Assembly: GCF_036321535.1 (NCBI RefSeq)
Contig: NC_087447.1
Coordinates: 39,930,001-39,994,000 of the forward strand
Source: Camelus dromedarius
Taxonomy: Eukaryota
Reading direction: 5' to 3'
DNA length: 64,000 nucleotides
How positions within the stretch are numbered: position 1 is the stretch's first letter; each line of letters begins with the position of its first letter. Shown in pieces: positions 62,385 to 64,000 of this stretch. The notes under the pieces were generated by a model. The model was not told the origin of the DNA. It worked only from the letters and a program-made list of their open reading frames with translations, and searched no databases. The translations under genes were made by a program, and so were the position numbers.

Positions 62385-62640
62385 GATGGGATGCTGGGGT
62401 GCAGGGCACAGGCTTTGGAGTTTACCACCCGGACCCGAAGGCCGCTTATGCCATTTACTAGCTGTGTGACCACAGCAAATGGCTTCACTGGGCCTCAGTT
62501 TTTTCCAACTGGGGATAATGATGGTTCACACCCCATAGGATTGGTAAGAAGATTAAATGATTTAAGACCTATAATGTGCTTAGAACAGTGCTTGGCACAT
62601 AGTAGGCACTCAACAAATGTTAGCTGTTATTATCATCCTC
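62385..62640 (+). mobile_element. MIR SINE
   Basis: ccatttactagctgtgtgacc...gggcctcagtttt...ggggataatgat...gattaaatga...tgcttagaacagtgcttggcacatagtaggcactcaacaaatgttagctgttatt. Confidence 0.9.
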
Positions 62641-62972
62641 ATCATCCACTAAGAACAAGTCTTGGGCTCAGGATCTGAGCCCACAGAACAGTCCTTACTT
62701 CAAACAGAAGCAAAGATGCAGAGAAAAGATCCAGAGAGGAGGGCCAGGAAGCTATCTGTCACTAGAGAAGAGAACAGAGTCCCTTTAGTGGCAGGAAACC
62801 AGACTGAAAGTCCAGAAACTTCCACCTCTAAGCCTCTCCGGCTGCCTGAGGCTCTGAGCGCCCTTCAGGGTCCTTCCTCCTGAAGGTCCAGTTCTCAGGC
62901 GGTGTCCGCTCAGCCTGTGGCCTGCCCCGCCTGCTTTTTCAGACTTCTTGTCCACATGTGTCCTGAAAATAA

Positions 62973-63010
62973 ACCATTTGAATAAGACTAGAGACCATTT
63001 GAATAAGACT
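62973..63010. repeat. 17-bp perfect direct repeat with 4-nt spacer
   Basis: accatttgaataagact-agag-accatttgaataagact. Confidence 0.9.
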
Positions 63011-64000
63011 CTTTGTCTCTTTGAAACGACAATCAACTAGCTGTGGCCTTTGCTTTCTAGACGAAAATGTGAGGAATCACTGAAGTGGGGTAAATTCACG
63101 GCCAAGCCAGGCTGCACCAGGCCTCTAGACTCCCAGCACAGTGCTCTCTCCAGCTGAACTTTCTCCTGGCTCGTGGAGTTGTCTGCAGGCCAGGCTGCTG
63201 CTGTTTCCAGTTTGCTTGCCTCAGACACTGAACACTTCCCCCACCTTTCAGGGCTTTGTGGCAACTATTGTGGCCAGGATTTTTCCTGCAGTTCTCTCCT
63301 TTTTTTAAATAAATACCAGAAACCAAAGGACGTGCGTGGTCTTCAGATACTTCTCCGCATGCTCTTCAGTTACTCCCATTCCTCCTGTTGCCTCGCCTGC
63401 TCCGGCTGTGCTCGCTTCATTGTTCCTGGAACCCCTCACGGGGAAGGCTGAAAGGGACTAAGAACTCAGCTCTGCAGTCATTTCCTTGGGTCTCTGAAAA
63501 GCCTCTCCTCCCTCTCTCTTAATTAGCAGCCTCACTTCCTCTCTGTCCTGCCTTTTCTCCTCTGCTGTTGCAAAATCCACTTTACCCCAGTCAGTAGACT
63601 CTCCCTTTTTCCCAGCCAGAATTTTTCAACTTCTCTGCTCACATTTCAACCCAATAATTCCTTCCCTAATGCACACCACCTTTTCCCCCTTTTAGATTGT
63701 CAAAGGCCCATCATTTCCCCATCTTCTTATTTTTTTATTCTTATTCCGACTTTCTGGCTCTCAGTCCTTTAGGATGCTTTCTTTTTTCTGCCTCATATAG
63801 TGTCTGCTAATATAGTGTTCTTGGGCTCTTTTCTCTCGATTTTGGGCTGGGGTCCAATCCCAAATTGCCTTCCCTTAGTTATAGTTTTATATCTTCTTTT
63901 TTTTATTAAGTCTCTCCGCACTATTCAACACCATGCAGAGCAGTGGCTTCTGTCTTCATGTCTTACTTTTCCAAACAAAATGAGTAGAATCGGTTTCTTC

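Larger units (their letters stand above)
11673..64000 (-). other. PARVA: 3' part of the long PARVA intron 1 (first coding exon lies beyond the window)
   Basis: No sequence encoding the MATSPQKSP...KKAKE N-terminus and no CpG island seen upstream of exon 2; the human intron 1 is also very long. Confidence 0.8.

Noticed and set aside
11673..64000. Recursive splice sites, tRNA/snoRNA/miRNA genes or processed pseudogenes in intron 1
   Set aside because: No convincing polypyrimidine-AG|GTAAG junction on the sense strand and no RNA gene or retrocopy recognised by eye; an Infernal/Rfam and BLASTX search would be needed to exclude them.

Overview
Mammalian (eutherian) genomic DNA from inside the alpha-parvin gene (PARVA), which is on the minus strand. 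Only three coding exons fall in the window: 11672-11583 (90 nt), 11502-11432 (71 nt) and 8956-8854 (103 nt). They have canonical GT-AG boundaries and splice in frame to VSELQEEGMNAINLPLSPIPFELDPEDTML/EENEVRTMVDPNSRSDPKLQELMK/VLIDWINDVLVGERIIVKDLAEDLYDGQVLQKLF, the N-terminal region plus the start of CH1 (exons 2-4 by human numbering). 11673-64000 is part of the long first intron and 1-8853 is part of intron 4. The rest is interspersed repeats (L1 of several ages, L2, MIR, MLT1/MER21/LTR33 solo LTRs, hAT and Tigger MITEs), microsatellites and unique intronic sequence. The L1 3' ends look cetartiodactyl, and I saw no Alu, B1, CHR/Bov, PRE-1, Can or ERE SINEs, which suggests a camelid (inference). 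Repeat family names are from memory of consensus sequences, not a database search, and repeat boundaries are approximate unless a target-site duplication (TSD) is given. Almost all other ORF-track entries are L1 remnants or chance ORFs. I did not find a novel multi-gene system. The best leads are small: a perfect five-unit heat-shock element inside an MLT1 LTR that also has a consensus splice donor, a (CT)10 microsatellite forming the exon 4 polypyrimidine tract, and several nested or very short L1 insertions with readable TSDs.
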